Shown here: positions 1 through 11,140 of the stretch, in pieces
Layout of the letters: each line of letters starts with the position of its first letter
Position numbering within the stretch: the first letter of the stretch is position 1
From: Tubulanus polymorphus
Lineage: Eukaryota > Animalia > Nemertea
Direction of reading: 5' to 3'
Length of the DNA: 64,000 nucleotides
Assembly (NCBI RefSeq): GCF_964204645.1
Contig: NC_134033.1
Span: forward strand, 8,936,655-9,000,654
Notes under the pieces: generated by a model
What the model was told of the DNA's origin: nothing
Database searches by the model: none
What the model saw: only the letters and a program-made list of their open reading frames with translations
Program-made: the position numbers and the translations under genes

Positions 1-75
1 GAATGCTGTGTTTACCGCCGTAAAAACTACCCGAAATTTTATTCCATTTAAAATATATGTTCTTTTTGTTTTTAG

Positions 76-285
76 GCAATATATAACGCCGGCGGTATGG
101 TAATGGTGCCACACGCGAAGTTTGGATTTCTACTGTTTCTCATTTTGCTTATGACGATCGCAATATTCGGCTGCGCGCGGTTCCGTCTGAACAAATTCAT
201 CGGAATATCATTCGTTTGCTTGTATGTTGTGTTCATCGCCTATGCATTACTACAAGACCTTCACTGCAAACAGTACCTGTGTTAG
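76..285 (+). CDS. Terminal coding exon of a probable K-dependent Na/Ca exchanger (SLC24/NCKX family, C-terminal TM helices)
   Basis: Polypyrimidine tract plus AG acceptor (tctttttgtttttag, ends at 75), then the phase-0 frame AIYNAGGMVMV...LLFLILLMTIAIFGCARFRLNKFIGISFVCLYVVFIAYALLQD...C*. Two hydrophobic helices flank an [W/F]RL.K..G.....LY..F motif typical of NCKX C-termini. Confidence 0.65.
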   Translation, partial: AIYNAGGMVMVPHAKFGFLLFLILLMTIAIFGCARFRLNKFIGISFVCLYVVFIAYALLQDLHCKQYLC

Positions 286-3200
286 GCAGAGAATACCAGT
301 TAAGCTGTGAGTGAAATTAATGAAAAGAATTATCGTCATATGGGGTGAACGTTTTACTACACATGTAGTTGAAATTAGCGAATTTCATTTCAACGAGTTA
401 ACATCACAGAGCAGCGAGCAGCGCCTGATTGAACACTAATCCCATGGTGGCCACATTCACCCCATATATGCGACGGTACGGAAACTTTTTGTGCCAAATG
501 TATAGGCATTGTATATAAATATACACGCAAACTCTATTGCGATCAGTTCCTCCACAATTCTCAATTCTGTTTTTTTAGTTCTTGAGCTCAAAAAGAACTG
601 TGGACGGAACCGGTCCTGATGATCATCCTCTCAACGCAAGTTCGTCTCAGATAACTCATACCTCATGTTCTGTACAGACAGAATCTATAATTTATCCTAA
701 CCTTCAACGGCACGGCTATTCCTCGATCTAAAACAATAATCCACTTAACTGTTGTCCATCGCATAATTGTCAATTGTGAAGAAGTGCATATGAACATTGC
801 CAATTTACATAACGTCGATTGTCACCTGTCTGCTGGAGTGTCACTGGCTGCTTCTAATTCTGCAATGTGATCGCTGGGAGCGCAAGTATAATGCGATGAC
901 AAAGAGTTGATCATCGAACTAAGTAAAATAGTATAACAGCTATAGGTTGGAAGGAATAACGGGTGAAATCAAGTTGCACACAATTTTGTCGTTCATGGAG
1001 ATCGATGAGTGGGCAACGCTTAACCCGGTACCGGTACCTCGACAGTTGTGAATTAGACGTAACTCGTTACGTTGTTTTTCCATAGATTGGTTTAGATTTT
1101 AATACCCAGCATTAGAGTTACGATAGACTCCACAGCATCGGATCTTTTGTGGACCATGATTTATATATGTAAAAACATATTACCGACGTATTATCGTGTG
1201 AAATAGTTTGCTTTTTCTCTCGAGATTTGCCGATATATCAGAAATTCGACTCCAGAAAAAGCGACACCAATCGATAATGATCAAGGATACAATGAAATTG
1301 ACTCGTGTCTTTCATATGATAATATGATTAACCACAAAAAGTTTTTCTGTGATGTTTCTGTTCTTTTAGTCTAGGGTCAAATTATTTATATTTGTGCAGA
1401 AGCTGGTTTCTGTTGACCTCGATGTTTTTTTCAACCTAAAAAAACCTCGCAAGTCATTGTTACATTATTCATTTTCAAGATGTTTTCCAAATTCATGTAC
1501 GGCCTACATATTTAAATAATATTTCCCTTTTCTTGAGAAACATTTTTTTCGTATTTTCGTCTGGTATTCATTAGGCAGCCATCAATGTAAGTCATATAAC
1601 TGATTGTACATCCAAGGCAGACGGTGAAATCCCATTCTTTATGAAGGGTAGTCAAACATTTCTTCCGAAGTTTATCTTTTATACAATGTTTTAAGTGATT
1701 ACAGTTTGAAAGTTACATGTACATGTATATTGTAAAACAATGTTGAGGAATATTGATGTCCACGAGGATTGGGGTACCGGCACGGTGAATATACCGGTAT
1801 GCATAGTTAAATATATCCGCACGGGAAGGTTATCGTTATAAATCTGTAAATATAATGCCCCTTTGTACCGTTGTATAAATATACGAATTGAATATTTTAA
1901 AATCCATATTTGAAAATTTACTTTCGGTGGTTGTCTTTTAGTCGAGAAAGGATAGTGCGATTGATATGCATCTTTAATGGAGATACCTGGAGACGAGGCA
2001 GACCTCAAAAGTAGACATGCAGTGATATCTTGATACAATGGTTGACCGTTGACCAAGGAGCAATGAAGTTACATAAAACCAAGATCAACCGGAGGTCGCA
2101 TGACCACACATTCTGAGGTCCAAAATATACCCAGGCCACGCATTTTTGTCAATTTTTTATAGCTTTCGGGGGGGGGGGGGGCAGGAATGTACATGTGAAC
2201 GAACAAACCTGTTAGGGCACCTATATCGTACAACACTGATCTCAAATTTATTACACGACTCAAAATATACAATATAATGCCTTGTCGGGCATGAAGGAGG
2301 CTTACAGAATAAAGGCCAATTCCCCATATAATACTTTATACCCCATTAACCAAACATAATTCAGGACACTCTCGGGCCCAAAGGTCAATTTATGATAAAC
2401 GACGATAAATCACGTCTATTTCATATCATATCCCTAATTTTCTCATAAGCAACTACCGCGGTTTTCCTTAACGTCTTAGAACGTAATGGCGTATTGACCT
2501 CGCGATTTCAAAATTTCCGCCACGCACATCATGAACCCTGTGACAGTCAACTTCTAACAGGAAAAGTTTACTTATCGGTCTTCTATTCGTTACTCCAGAA
2601 GTATGAACGAACCAAATTATCGGAAATGCGAATAACATCGGTAATCACACGATACTTCCAAGATGTGGTAAGTCATCGTGTTTAAGAACGACTGCACCCA
2701 CGCGAATATGTTCAGAGTTATTCTTACTTAAGCGTATATATCCATTCGCATAACCTGGTAAAATGTACGGCGTCTAAATGAAAATAATAATCCCGAACGA
2801 TATTCTTATTCTTTTATCGATATCAGAACTCTGGGTCGTCAAGTTCTGACTCTTTTACACGGATCTGCGGTAACGAAGTAAGTTTACGACCAGGGTTAGG
2901 GTCAGGTCTACAAATGTATCCACGTGATGCCCAAGGAAGCTCTATGGCCGAAAGAAGTTTGGCTATTTCAGTATATCTGACAAAAGTTGAAGCATTGTCG
3001 GAATTAAGTTCTTTAGGTAGCGATCGACGGCTAACGAATCCGCGGAAAGCTTAATGAATAAAACTGTCCTTGCTTAAGTCTCTTTACGGGTGCCTGGTTG
3101 CGGCACCCGTAAAAGACAGACGTAAGTCTTTTGTTTCCCGGCTAACAACGGTCCAAGGTAATATATTCTGTTGAAGAAAAGCGATGGCGCATCTGCGACA

Positions 3201-3630
3201 CTGCTCTGTGGTAAAGGCAGCGAATTTGGTATGAGTATAGCGAGCCTGCTATTTTGCGACACGGCATACATTTAAGTAGTATGCGTTTCACAAACGGATG
3301 AATTAGACGGGCGGCAGAATCGAAAAAGTAGCTTTTTTAACGAGTTTCTGAGAGACAACCAAAATGTTTATCGTTTATATGATAGTCTATTTGTTGCCAA
3401 TGATTTTAGCAACAATGCTTCCTTGATTTGTGGTATCAGTCACCATGGAAACTGCGTCTGAACATAGCTACTGTTGGAATAACTAATATCAATACAATAT
3501 TTCTAATGCGTTTGTTTTCCATAAGCATGTATGACGAAAGAAATAGCAAACAAAATATCGATTCCAAATGATATTGAGCCGCTCTTTTCGATGGAGGTAA
3601 AATCATTCAGCTATATTAACTGGAAGTTAT

Positions 3631-4300
3631 CCAGGAAGAAATACACTAAATATTTGGATGGATATATAAAAGCTGTGGGTACTGGAGTTTGTAATGGGTA
3701 GTGTAGTGTGATCTGTGTGCATTAATGAGGCCAGCACACAGATCACATTGTTCAATGGGGTTTGGTCCAGGACTCGCGAGATTTTCAACAACACGGAAGT
3801 AACGTGTAATAAATGATGACTTGAATTGCATGACTACCTACCACCCCTCATTATTGTTGGAAAACTAAACGTTCGGCACTGACTAAAAATTGGTAATAAC
3901 ATTTTAGAAATGGCCAGAATTTTAACTTAGGTTCTATCTAATTTTTATTTTATAATTGCGATTGGTATAATCTTTTTTTAAACGGCCGTTAAGGCTTCAT
4001 GTTTCGTCTGCAATTCACTGCAAATAGTTACGCAACTACGCACATTTCAGTGTTTTTGGCAGCTGTACACTAAATCGGCACCGTTCGTGACTAGCTTCAC
4101 TGCGGAATTATGATTAATTAACATCGCCATATCACATCATCAACTTATATTGTGCCTTAAAACCCTAACAGCCGAAATAATTGAAATGCACACACGATTT
4201 CTATCATTGAAAATTGAGAGAGTGGCCATGTTTGTGATTGCTGCTTCGCGTAAATCCTGCACGGTGGCGGAACCGCGCGGAGTGGGGCCGATACGTCCAG
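3631..4300. mobile_element. Unclassified interspersed element bounded by CCAG...CCAG (copy 1)
   Basis: Near-identical to 56644-57177, with the same two ends (ccaggaagaaa... and ...ggggccgatacgtcYag). No TIRs or poly-A. Confidence 0.75.
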
Positions 4301-4515
4301 TATCGCTCACGAACTATGCTATAGGATTGGTTGTCCCCAGATGAAAACACGCTCTATGCGATTCCTTGACGATGAGAGCGGCGAACTCACATTTAGGAAT
4401 CAATACTGGGTATTTCGCTTCGGTATCCAACGGCGAATTATGAATACGACAGCCACACTTCTGATGACCTCTTATTCATTAATATACAGTCTCAAATGGG
4501 AAACAGTTTGATTCT

Positions 4516-4704
4516 AGTAATAGGGGTTTAGATGTTCTAGGCCAAAGGTCGAAGGGTCGAGCTCGTAAAAAAATGAAAATAATAATAATTTACAGTTGAA
4601 TTAGTCGCGCACACTCCTAATTCAACTGTAAATTATTATTATTTTCATTTTTTACTCACTCGCCCCTTCAACCTTTAACCTAGAACAACTAAACCTCTAT
4701 TACT
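4516..4704. repeat. Left terminal hairpin (189-nt imperfect palindrome, 12-nt loop at 4605-4616)
   Basis: agtaatagggg...acagttgaattag-tcgcgcacactc-ctaattcaactgt...cctctattact. Confidence 0.95.
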
Positions 4705-4913
4705 CTTAAAATATTCATATATATATAAACATAATTTACATGAATAACATTTAAATTGACAGATTATTCAATATAAAAGTGTTAGCTCTTATAGAATAGA
4801 GATATAGATATATTTTAAACATTATTTCAATATTCATATTTGTATGAGTTAGATTTTTAAACATTAAAAGTGTTAGTAAAGTGTGATTGAAATAATACAT
4901 AATATAAATCATT

Positions 4914-5070
4914 GAATATTTATATTTATATGCGTTAAATTCTTATTTTCAATATAAAAAGTAACTAGTAATTAACGAGTGAAATAATTCATATTTAAAA
5001 CAGTGAATATTTATATTTATATGCGTTAAATTCTTATTTTATGTTTAAAAGTAACGAGTAATTAACGAGT
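4914..5070. repeat. Two ~90-bp-period direct repeats upstream of the ORF, mirrored in the right arm
   Basis: gaatatttatatttatatgcgttaaattcttatttt...aaaagtaacNagtaattaacgagt at 4914-4980 and 5005-5070. Confidence 0.85.
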
Positions 5071-5789
5071 TGATGAAAATATCAATTTTAATAACAAAAT
5101 TACTTATAAATATGAATGAACAGATACTACATTTCAAAGATATCGATTTAAATGAATTAGAAAAATATTTTACAATTAAAAATTTCATTCCTATTAAAGA
5201 TTTGATTAAAACTGCGCGTCTTCGTTTTCAAGTGAAAAATATTACTGAATTAGTGTTTAAAAATCACTATCTGATAATAGAGTTATCGAATGATAAAGAT
5301 AAATTCTTATTCAATACAATAATTCCAAAATTCACAACATTTGATGGAATAGATAAACATTTAATAATTACAGATGAAATGCAATCACTTTTTAATAATG
5401 AAAATTCACATAAAACATTATTTTTACACTTACGTTATTGCCCATTCAGAGAATGCTATGTTATTTTTTACAGTCGAACAATTTATCATTTCAACTGTCA
5501 AACAATTTATCATTTCAACTGTCAAACAATTTATCATTTCAACTGTCAAACAATTTATCATTTCAACAGTCGAACAATTTATCATTTCAACTGTCAAACA
5601 ATTTATCATTTCAACTGTCGAACAATTCTTTTATTTCAACTGTCGAACAATTTATCATTTCAACTGTCGAACAATTTATCATTTCAACTGTCAAACAATT
5701 TATCATTTCAACTGTTAAACAATTTATCATTTCATGCTAAACAATTCATGATCTTTAGGATAGTTACTGAAATCAAAATGATGTTTTAA
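5070..5789 (+). pseudogene. Truncated duplicate of the 5828-6430 ORF, fused to the 24-bp array
   Basis: Translation is identical to the minus-strand ORF up to ...CPFRECYV, then reads (TIYHFNCQ)n and (NNLSFQLS)n. Confidence 0.7.
5477..5739. repeat. Tandem array of 11 x 24 bp (AACAATTTATCATTTCAACTGTCR)
   Basis: Head-to-tail copies without spacers. Unit 7 is 25 bp and the last unit is degenerate. Confidence 0.95.
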
Positions 5790-5827
5790 TGTTTTTAAAT
5801 CATCAGTTATGTTATTAGTTTTTATCT

Positions 5828-6430
5828 TTAATATGTGTTATGATATTTTGATTTAAGATGGTGTGATTTATTGTTTCGAGTATAATATTTTCCACAATTA
5901 CATAAAACGCTTTCATTAGGATTATATTTGGGCGCAACAATTTCATTATCTAAATTACATTGAATTCCAACATCTTTATATGATTTTTCATTTGGAATGT
6001 CAGGGATAAATCTCTTTTCTTGTAATCTGAAAAACATAACATAGCATTCTCTGAATGGGCAATAACGTAAGTGTAAAAATAATGTTTTATGTGAATTTTC
6101 ATTATTAAAAAGTGATTGCATTTCATCTGTAATTATTAAATGTTTATCTATTCCATCAAATGTTGTGAATTTTGGAATTATTGTATTGAATAAGAATTTA
6201 TCTTTATCATTCGATAACTCTATTATCAGATAGTGATTTTTAAACACTAATTCAGTAATATTTTTCACTTGAAAACGAAGACGCGCAGTTTTAATCAAAT
6301 CTTTAATAGGAATGAAATTTTTAATTGTAAAATATTTTTCTAATTCATTTAAATCGATATCTTTGAAATGTAGTATCTGTTCATTCATATTTATAAGTAA
6401 TTTTGTTATTAAAATTGATATTTTCATCAA
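5828..6430 (-). CDS. 200-aa hypothetical protein with a C-terminal CxC-x10-H-x5-H zinc-finger-like motif
   Basis: Uninterrupted 600-nt ORF in very AT-rich DNA. It ends in VLCNCGKYYTRNNKSHHLKSKYH, resembling the CxCG...H..S..H modules of large dsDNA virus and Polinton-like proteins. The true start may be the second codon (ATG) or MNEQ. Confidence 0.7.
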   Translation of the reverse strand: MMKISILITKLLINMNEQILHFKDIDLNELEKYFTIKNFIPIKDLIKTARLRFQVKNITELVFKNHYLIIELSNDKDKFLFNTIIPKFTTFDGIDKHLIITDEMQSLFNNENSHKTLFLHLRYCPFRECYVMFFRLQEKRFIPDIPNEKSYKDVGIQCNLDNEIVAPKYNPNESVLCNCGKYYTRNNKSHHLKSKYHNTY

Positions 6431-6789
6431 CTCGTTAATTACTCGTTACTTTTGAACATAAAATAAGAATTTAACGCATATAAATATTCACTGTTTTAAA
6501 TATGAATTATTTCACTCGTTAATTACTAGTTACTTTTTATATTGAAAATAAGAATTTAACGCATATAAATATAAATATTCAATGATTTATATTATGTATT
6601 ATTTCAATCACACTTTACTAACACTTTTAATGTTTAAAAATCTAACTCATACAAATATGAATATTGAAATAATGTTTAAAATATATCTATATCTCTATTC
6701 TATAAGAGCTCACACTTTTATATTGAATAATCTGTCAATTTAAATGTTATTCATGTAAATTATGTTTATATATATATGAATATTTTAAG

Positions 6790-6975
6790 AGTAATAGGGG
6801 TTTAGTTGTTCTAGGTTAAAGGTTGAAGGGGCGAGTGAGTAAAAAATGAAAATAATAATAATTTACAGTTGAATTAGGAGTGTGCGCGACTAATTCAACT
6901 GTAAATTATTATTTTCATTTTTTTACGAGCTCGACCCTTCGACCTTTGGCCTAGAACAACTAAACCCCTATTACT
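6790..6975. repeat. Right terminal hairpin (186 nt)
   Basis: agtaatagggg...gaattag-gagtgtgcgcga-ctaattc...cccctattact. Confidence 0.95.
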
Positions 6976-7589
6976 GATTCTTCTTGTCGGTTCGAATATT
7001 CAATATAAGTTCATTGTAATGCCGTCTCGGAACCGACTTAATCCAATATAATTCCGCAGTCTTAAACTCACATGAATCAAGATCATCCAATTTTCGACTT
7101 TTGGCGTTGACTCTGCAATTGTAGACAAATCTTAATACTATAACACGCGTTAGCCATTCCCGCTACAAATCTGTGCTGCCCAAAACCAAGTTGATTAAGA
7201 CACTCCCATCAAGAAAATAGTGACCAAAACCTTGGTTCATCCAAATCTTAATGACATAGTTAGACACCAATTACCCGATGAGAGCCAAACTAGTTGAGAG
7301 GGCCGGTGAGTTGAGAGTTGTTTATATAGCTATTACATCACTTATTCAAAAATAGTGCCAGTTTGCTGGACATACGAAATACTCAATAAACAAGACAACC
7401 TACTTGGGCTGCCAAAACTGTATCCGGGTAAAAGTGACAAAGACTAAGTTTAGGTCCATTAATGGACATAGGAAAAATCTACAGATATGTTTTCTTAGCT
7501 ACAAATGACCCGGCAAAACATTGATTACAATATTGAAACATAAAACCACAATCCACTGTCACAGATATAAATACTCCTTGCTTAACTCA

Positions 7590-7665
7590 ATCAAAAAATT
7601 CAAATGAAATTTACCAACCAAATAAATAACAGGGTCAATCCCTATTTTAAGATGAAAAAAAAAAC
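7590..7665 (+). repeat. LINE-like 3' end shared with 51655-51722
   Basis: gaaatttaccaaccaaataaataacagggWcaatccctattttaagat plus an A-run at both sites. Confidence 0.6.
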
Positions 7666-7983
7666 ACATCCGGTTAATGATATTCAACTTCAAGTAGTTC
7701 TGCTGTTGAAGTGCTGACTAAACACGTTTCGCTCAAATTCGCGATTTTGTTATTCATTTCATTTCACCGCGTGTTAGTTTGTTCTCGCTAATCGATCAAA
7801 ATTTTTAAAACTTACACAGAAAATAATTGTTGGAGTCTAACGAATAGAAATTTGCTCCACAGAGGTCAATTTTTAGCGATACTAAGTGCGTAAAAAATCA
7901 TGTTTATTCCAATATCCACATTATCCAACGCAGCCTTTGAACGAGAATCGGTTGATTTAGATTTCGATCTTATTTTCCATTTC

Positions 7984-8792
7984 AACTAGAGGACCAAAGG
8001 TCCTGAGGCTCGAAAAATATCAGAAATTCAAAGGTGTCCCCCTTTCGAGTTTAGAACATTTATATTCCGTGGTATTATACTGGTACCTTCTGAAACATGG
8101 CCATGGCCGCGACTGCACATCAATACCTGGCGTTGGGTTTTTCGGTGTTACACTTATATATACATGTACAACTAAAGTAAACGGAGATTGGGAAAACACA
8201 AACAATGAACGCTTTTACGGTTCTCTTCACATTTCCACTGCTCTCTGGAATGATGAGATGAAGAATAAAAATCGACATCAGTAGCACCAAAGCTAACCGT
8301 ACCATTTTTTCTCACTACTTGAAATAACCTTTGCGCAAAGCCAGAGAAAAATTCGCGATTTTGGAGAGAGATAAATATAATGCAACACTCATCATCGATT
8401 CGACACAGCAGTTTTACTTGAATACTTGTAGTAAAGCGCGGTCGATTGATGCGCGCGGGCAGTATCTTATCTTCAAGCACATAACTATCGAATTGTTTCC
8501 AATAAATTTGTTTACACTCTTCGGGTAAAAGTAACGCGACACATCTGAATTTCTTCCGGACAGCAAAGTAAAATTAGGTGACAATTGGAACTATTTAATT
8601 TCGCGCATTGAAAGATGCATACGCTTTAAGCGGCGTGATCAGTACGCACAATAGGGAGCATTTATTGATTGCTAGAAAAGCGATAAAGCGACTCAACTTG
8701 TCGAACTGAACGGTTGATTGTGCGAATAATACTAGTCGCTCCCTACTCTACGGCACATACGATCTGTTAATGCTCTTTTCGAGCCTAAAAAA
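7984..8792 (-). mobile_element. Helentron-type non-autonomous element (HINE family C)
   Basis: subTIR AGGCTCGAAAA (~8006) / TTTTCGAGCCT (~8776), terminal hairpin AGGACC-AAA-GGTCCT next to CTAG/TT, and a T-run at the other end. Confidence 0.6.
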
Positions 8793-9404
8793 GCACGCAT
8801 GTGCGAGAAAGCTTAACGACTATTTCCTCCAGAAGTTTATGAGTTGAAATATGAATGAAAGGGCGGTGGCAAGATATCAATTTCAAATTTTTTATTGTGT
8901 AAAATCGTAATAAAGGTGCGGCCCGGGTTGGCGGATATAATTTAACGCGGTTTTATTTGTAGGTTATGTATATAGCCGCGAACGCTGATACAGCGAGTGT
9001 AGTCCACACACGTTTGGATTGTGTTTACAAACAGCATGGGGAGCATGCGCACTGCAAACAAGGCGGAAACTCTCTCGTGAAAAAAATCGGGGCTTATACA
9101 ACGTTACTGTCACACCATAAACGAACTTTTAGATCAGGAATTCTTAATTCAGCTAGTACCACGTGACGACTGAGATGACCAGCAACAAGTGTCGCCAACA
9201 ATTCTAGCTGTGGAATTGGAAGTGTTTCGCTACAGGTGCCACGCGAGGTTTTGCTTTCGCAAACACTGAACTATTTTCATTGACCAAATACGCCACTGCC
9301 CCATAGCATAGAAGTAGAATAGAGACATTCATTGAAATTTTGCACATTTTCTCCCAGGACTTCAAACAGTTTAGAGCTGATGGACAAAAATTGTATCAAT
9401 ACCA

Positions 9405-10251
9405 ACAGCTTTTGAGTTTGACTTAGTCATTTTGACGGTTTCGTCAATTCGTCGATCGTCAATCAGAGTGACGAAGTGACGATCGAAATGACGAATCGAC
9501 CAAAAGTGACGAACGACTAATTTTGACAAATCTATCATATGGTAAGATGCAGATAACTTTATCACAGCTTATTTCGAGCAAAAAAGTTAAAGTTTACCAG
9601 GTCATATCACCCTAGGACCGGGCCGAGCAGGAAACACATTTTGGACTGCCAGACCGCGGGAGATGATATTTCAATAAAGAGGATTGATGTTTGTCCTTTA
9701 TCTAGTCTACAGACGTTTTTTTGGTCATATCACATGGAGGACCGGGCCCATGACTGGCTATGATCGAGGCAAGAAACCTGGTACCGGACTCGATAATTGT
9801 ACCGCGGTTATCATTAGTGCGATGTAGATATTACTTTTGAGTTTGACTTAGTCATTTTGTCGGTTTCGTCAATTCGTCGATCGTCAATCAGATTTATGAA
9901 GTGACGAATCGCCCCAGGACCGGGCCAGGTAGTAAACACATTTTGGACTGCCGGACCGCGGGAGATAATATTTCTTCAAAAGTGGATCTTTGGGTCATAT
10001 CACATCGAGGACCGGGCCCATGACTGGCTATGACCGATACAAGTCACCTGGTACCGGACTCGATAATTTTACCGCGGTTATCATTAGTGCGATGTGGTTA
10101 TTGCTTTTGAGTTTGACTTTTTGTCATTTTGTCATTTTCGTCATTTTGACGGTTTCGTCGATCGTCAATTCGTCAAACTAATTTCACGGCTAATACGATC
10201 GAACGTTCGTCGATCGTCAATTCGTCGATCGTCAAACTAACTTTACACACC
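9405..10251. repeat. Modular repeat block, probably the subterminal or TIR region of a foldback/MULE-like transposon
   Basis: Repeated TCGTCAATTCGTCGATCGTCAA / TGACGAA motifs. Duplicated modules 9613-9680~9914-9975 and 9720-9845~9990-10120. Ends in ...ACACACC. Confidence 0.55.
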
Positions 10252-10611
10252 TTTTTCCCTCGTAACGACAAAACATCATTTGTGTATATCCATTGGTTAC
10301 CCGTAATTCAAAATATGTCTCGCGGTCGTTCGGTGAGTGAAGCGTAGCGAACGCGAGTTCGTTAACGGTCTCTGTGGTCCTTTTTAGGTTCACACGATCG
10401 AACGAATGGCGTTATTATGTTGCGATATTTGCGTTATATCTCAATACCGGTACCGGTGCTACGAGTGTTTTTGTGTTTGATACTCGTTTAAAAGTGAAAT
10501 TTCACAACGTGGAATTCATTCATTCGATTACATTATCATCTAATGTTTTCCATTGTTTGGACGGGTGTACGCCGGGAATTCCCCCTCCCCATCACGTCGT
10601 TTTTCGCTTCA

Positions 10612-10775
10612 TTTTTTGACGCCTCATAAAACTTAACCATTATGGAACCTAAACGATGTTAATCATTCTGCGTCATTTTACAAATCACAACCGTAAATCG
10701 ATGTGCTAAACGTCACAGGTCTATGTGTACACATACAAGCTGTTGGAAAAATATTATTGACAAAGATGTAGAATG
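10612..10775 (+). repeat. ~165-bp interspersed repeat with a HINE-like 5' end, copy 1
   Basis: TTTTTTGACGCC...GCGTCA...GATGTAGAATG. It is the reverse complement of 11141-11304 and 49739-49903. Confidence 0.8.
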
Positions 10776-11140
10776 TCTTCCAGTGATTATATAGTAACTA
10801 GCATTTTCAGTGCACTCGGGTACCAGCTCGTCAAAATAAATCCAAAGTCATCAATGTTCCATCTTGATAAAATATCTTTTATTCAAATGCTTGATCGGCT
10901 TCCGAGCGAAACAACTTCTCAGTACTAAATCTCGTGTGTGTGTCGCGTGTCTTATTCTATCTCAAATGTATCTTACGATCTTACTTCCCGCATAGTAACA
11001 AAAACTAAGGTTTGAAAAACAAAGGTTATAGGTAGTGAGTAGACAATTTGAGCAACAACATGCCATAAATGAAGACAGTGTGGACGTATGACTAATTACT
11101 TCACAAACAAGACTGACAAATACATTTCTACACAAAGCAA

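Larger units (their letters stand above)
4516..6975. mobile_element. Palindromic non-autonomous element with Polinton/Maverick-type ends (AGT...ACT, 6-bp TSD), ~945-bp TIRs and terminal hairpins
   Basis: TSD GATTCT at 4510-4515 and 6976-6981. Termini are AGTAATAGGGG...CCCCTATTACT. 4516-5464 is the reverse complement of 6036-6975 apart from about 4 substitutions and 3-bp and 6-bp indels. No integrase or polymerase ORF. Confidence 0.85.

Noticed and set aside
1691-3271. Short ORFs downstream of the NCKX exon
   Set aside because: Most have non-ATG starts, no motifs, and lengths expected by chance.
3631-4300. Canonical Helitron (TC...CTRR)
   Set aside because: Copy 1 fits loosely, but the empty sites for copy 2 already contain CTAG and copy 2 lacks the 5' TC. 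Disfavoured but not excluded.
5477-5739. CRISPR array
   Set aside because: The repeats are contiguous with no unique spacers, there are no cas genes, and the context is eukaryotic.
5374-5740. Overlapping ORFs 5374..5718 and 5438..5740 as genes
   Set aside because: They are a by-product of a stop-free 24-bp repeat.
4516-6975. Assembly or fold-back read artefact
   Set aside because: The arms differ by several substitutions and two indels, the spacer is unique, and a perfect 6-bp TSD flanks the element.
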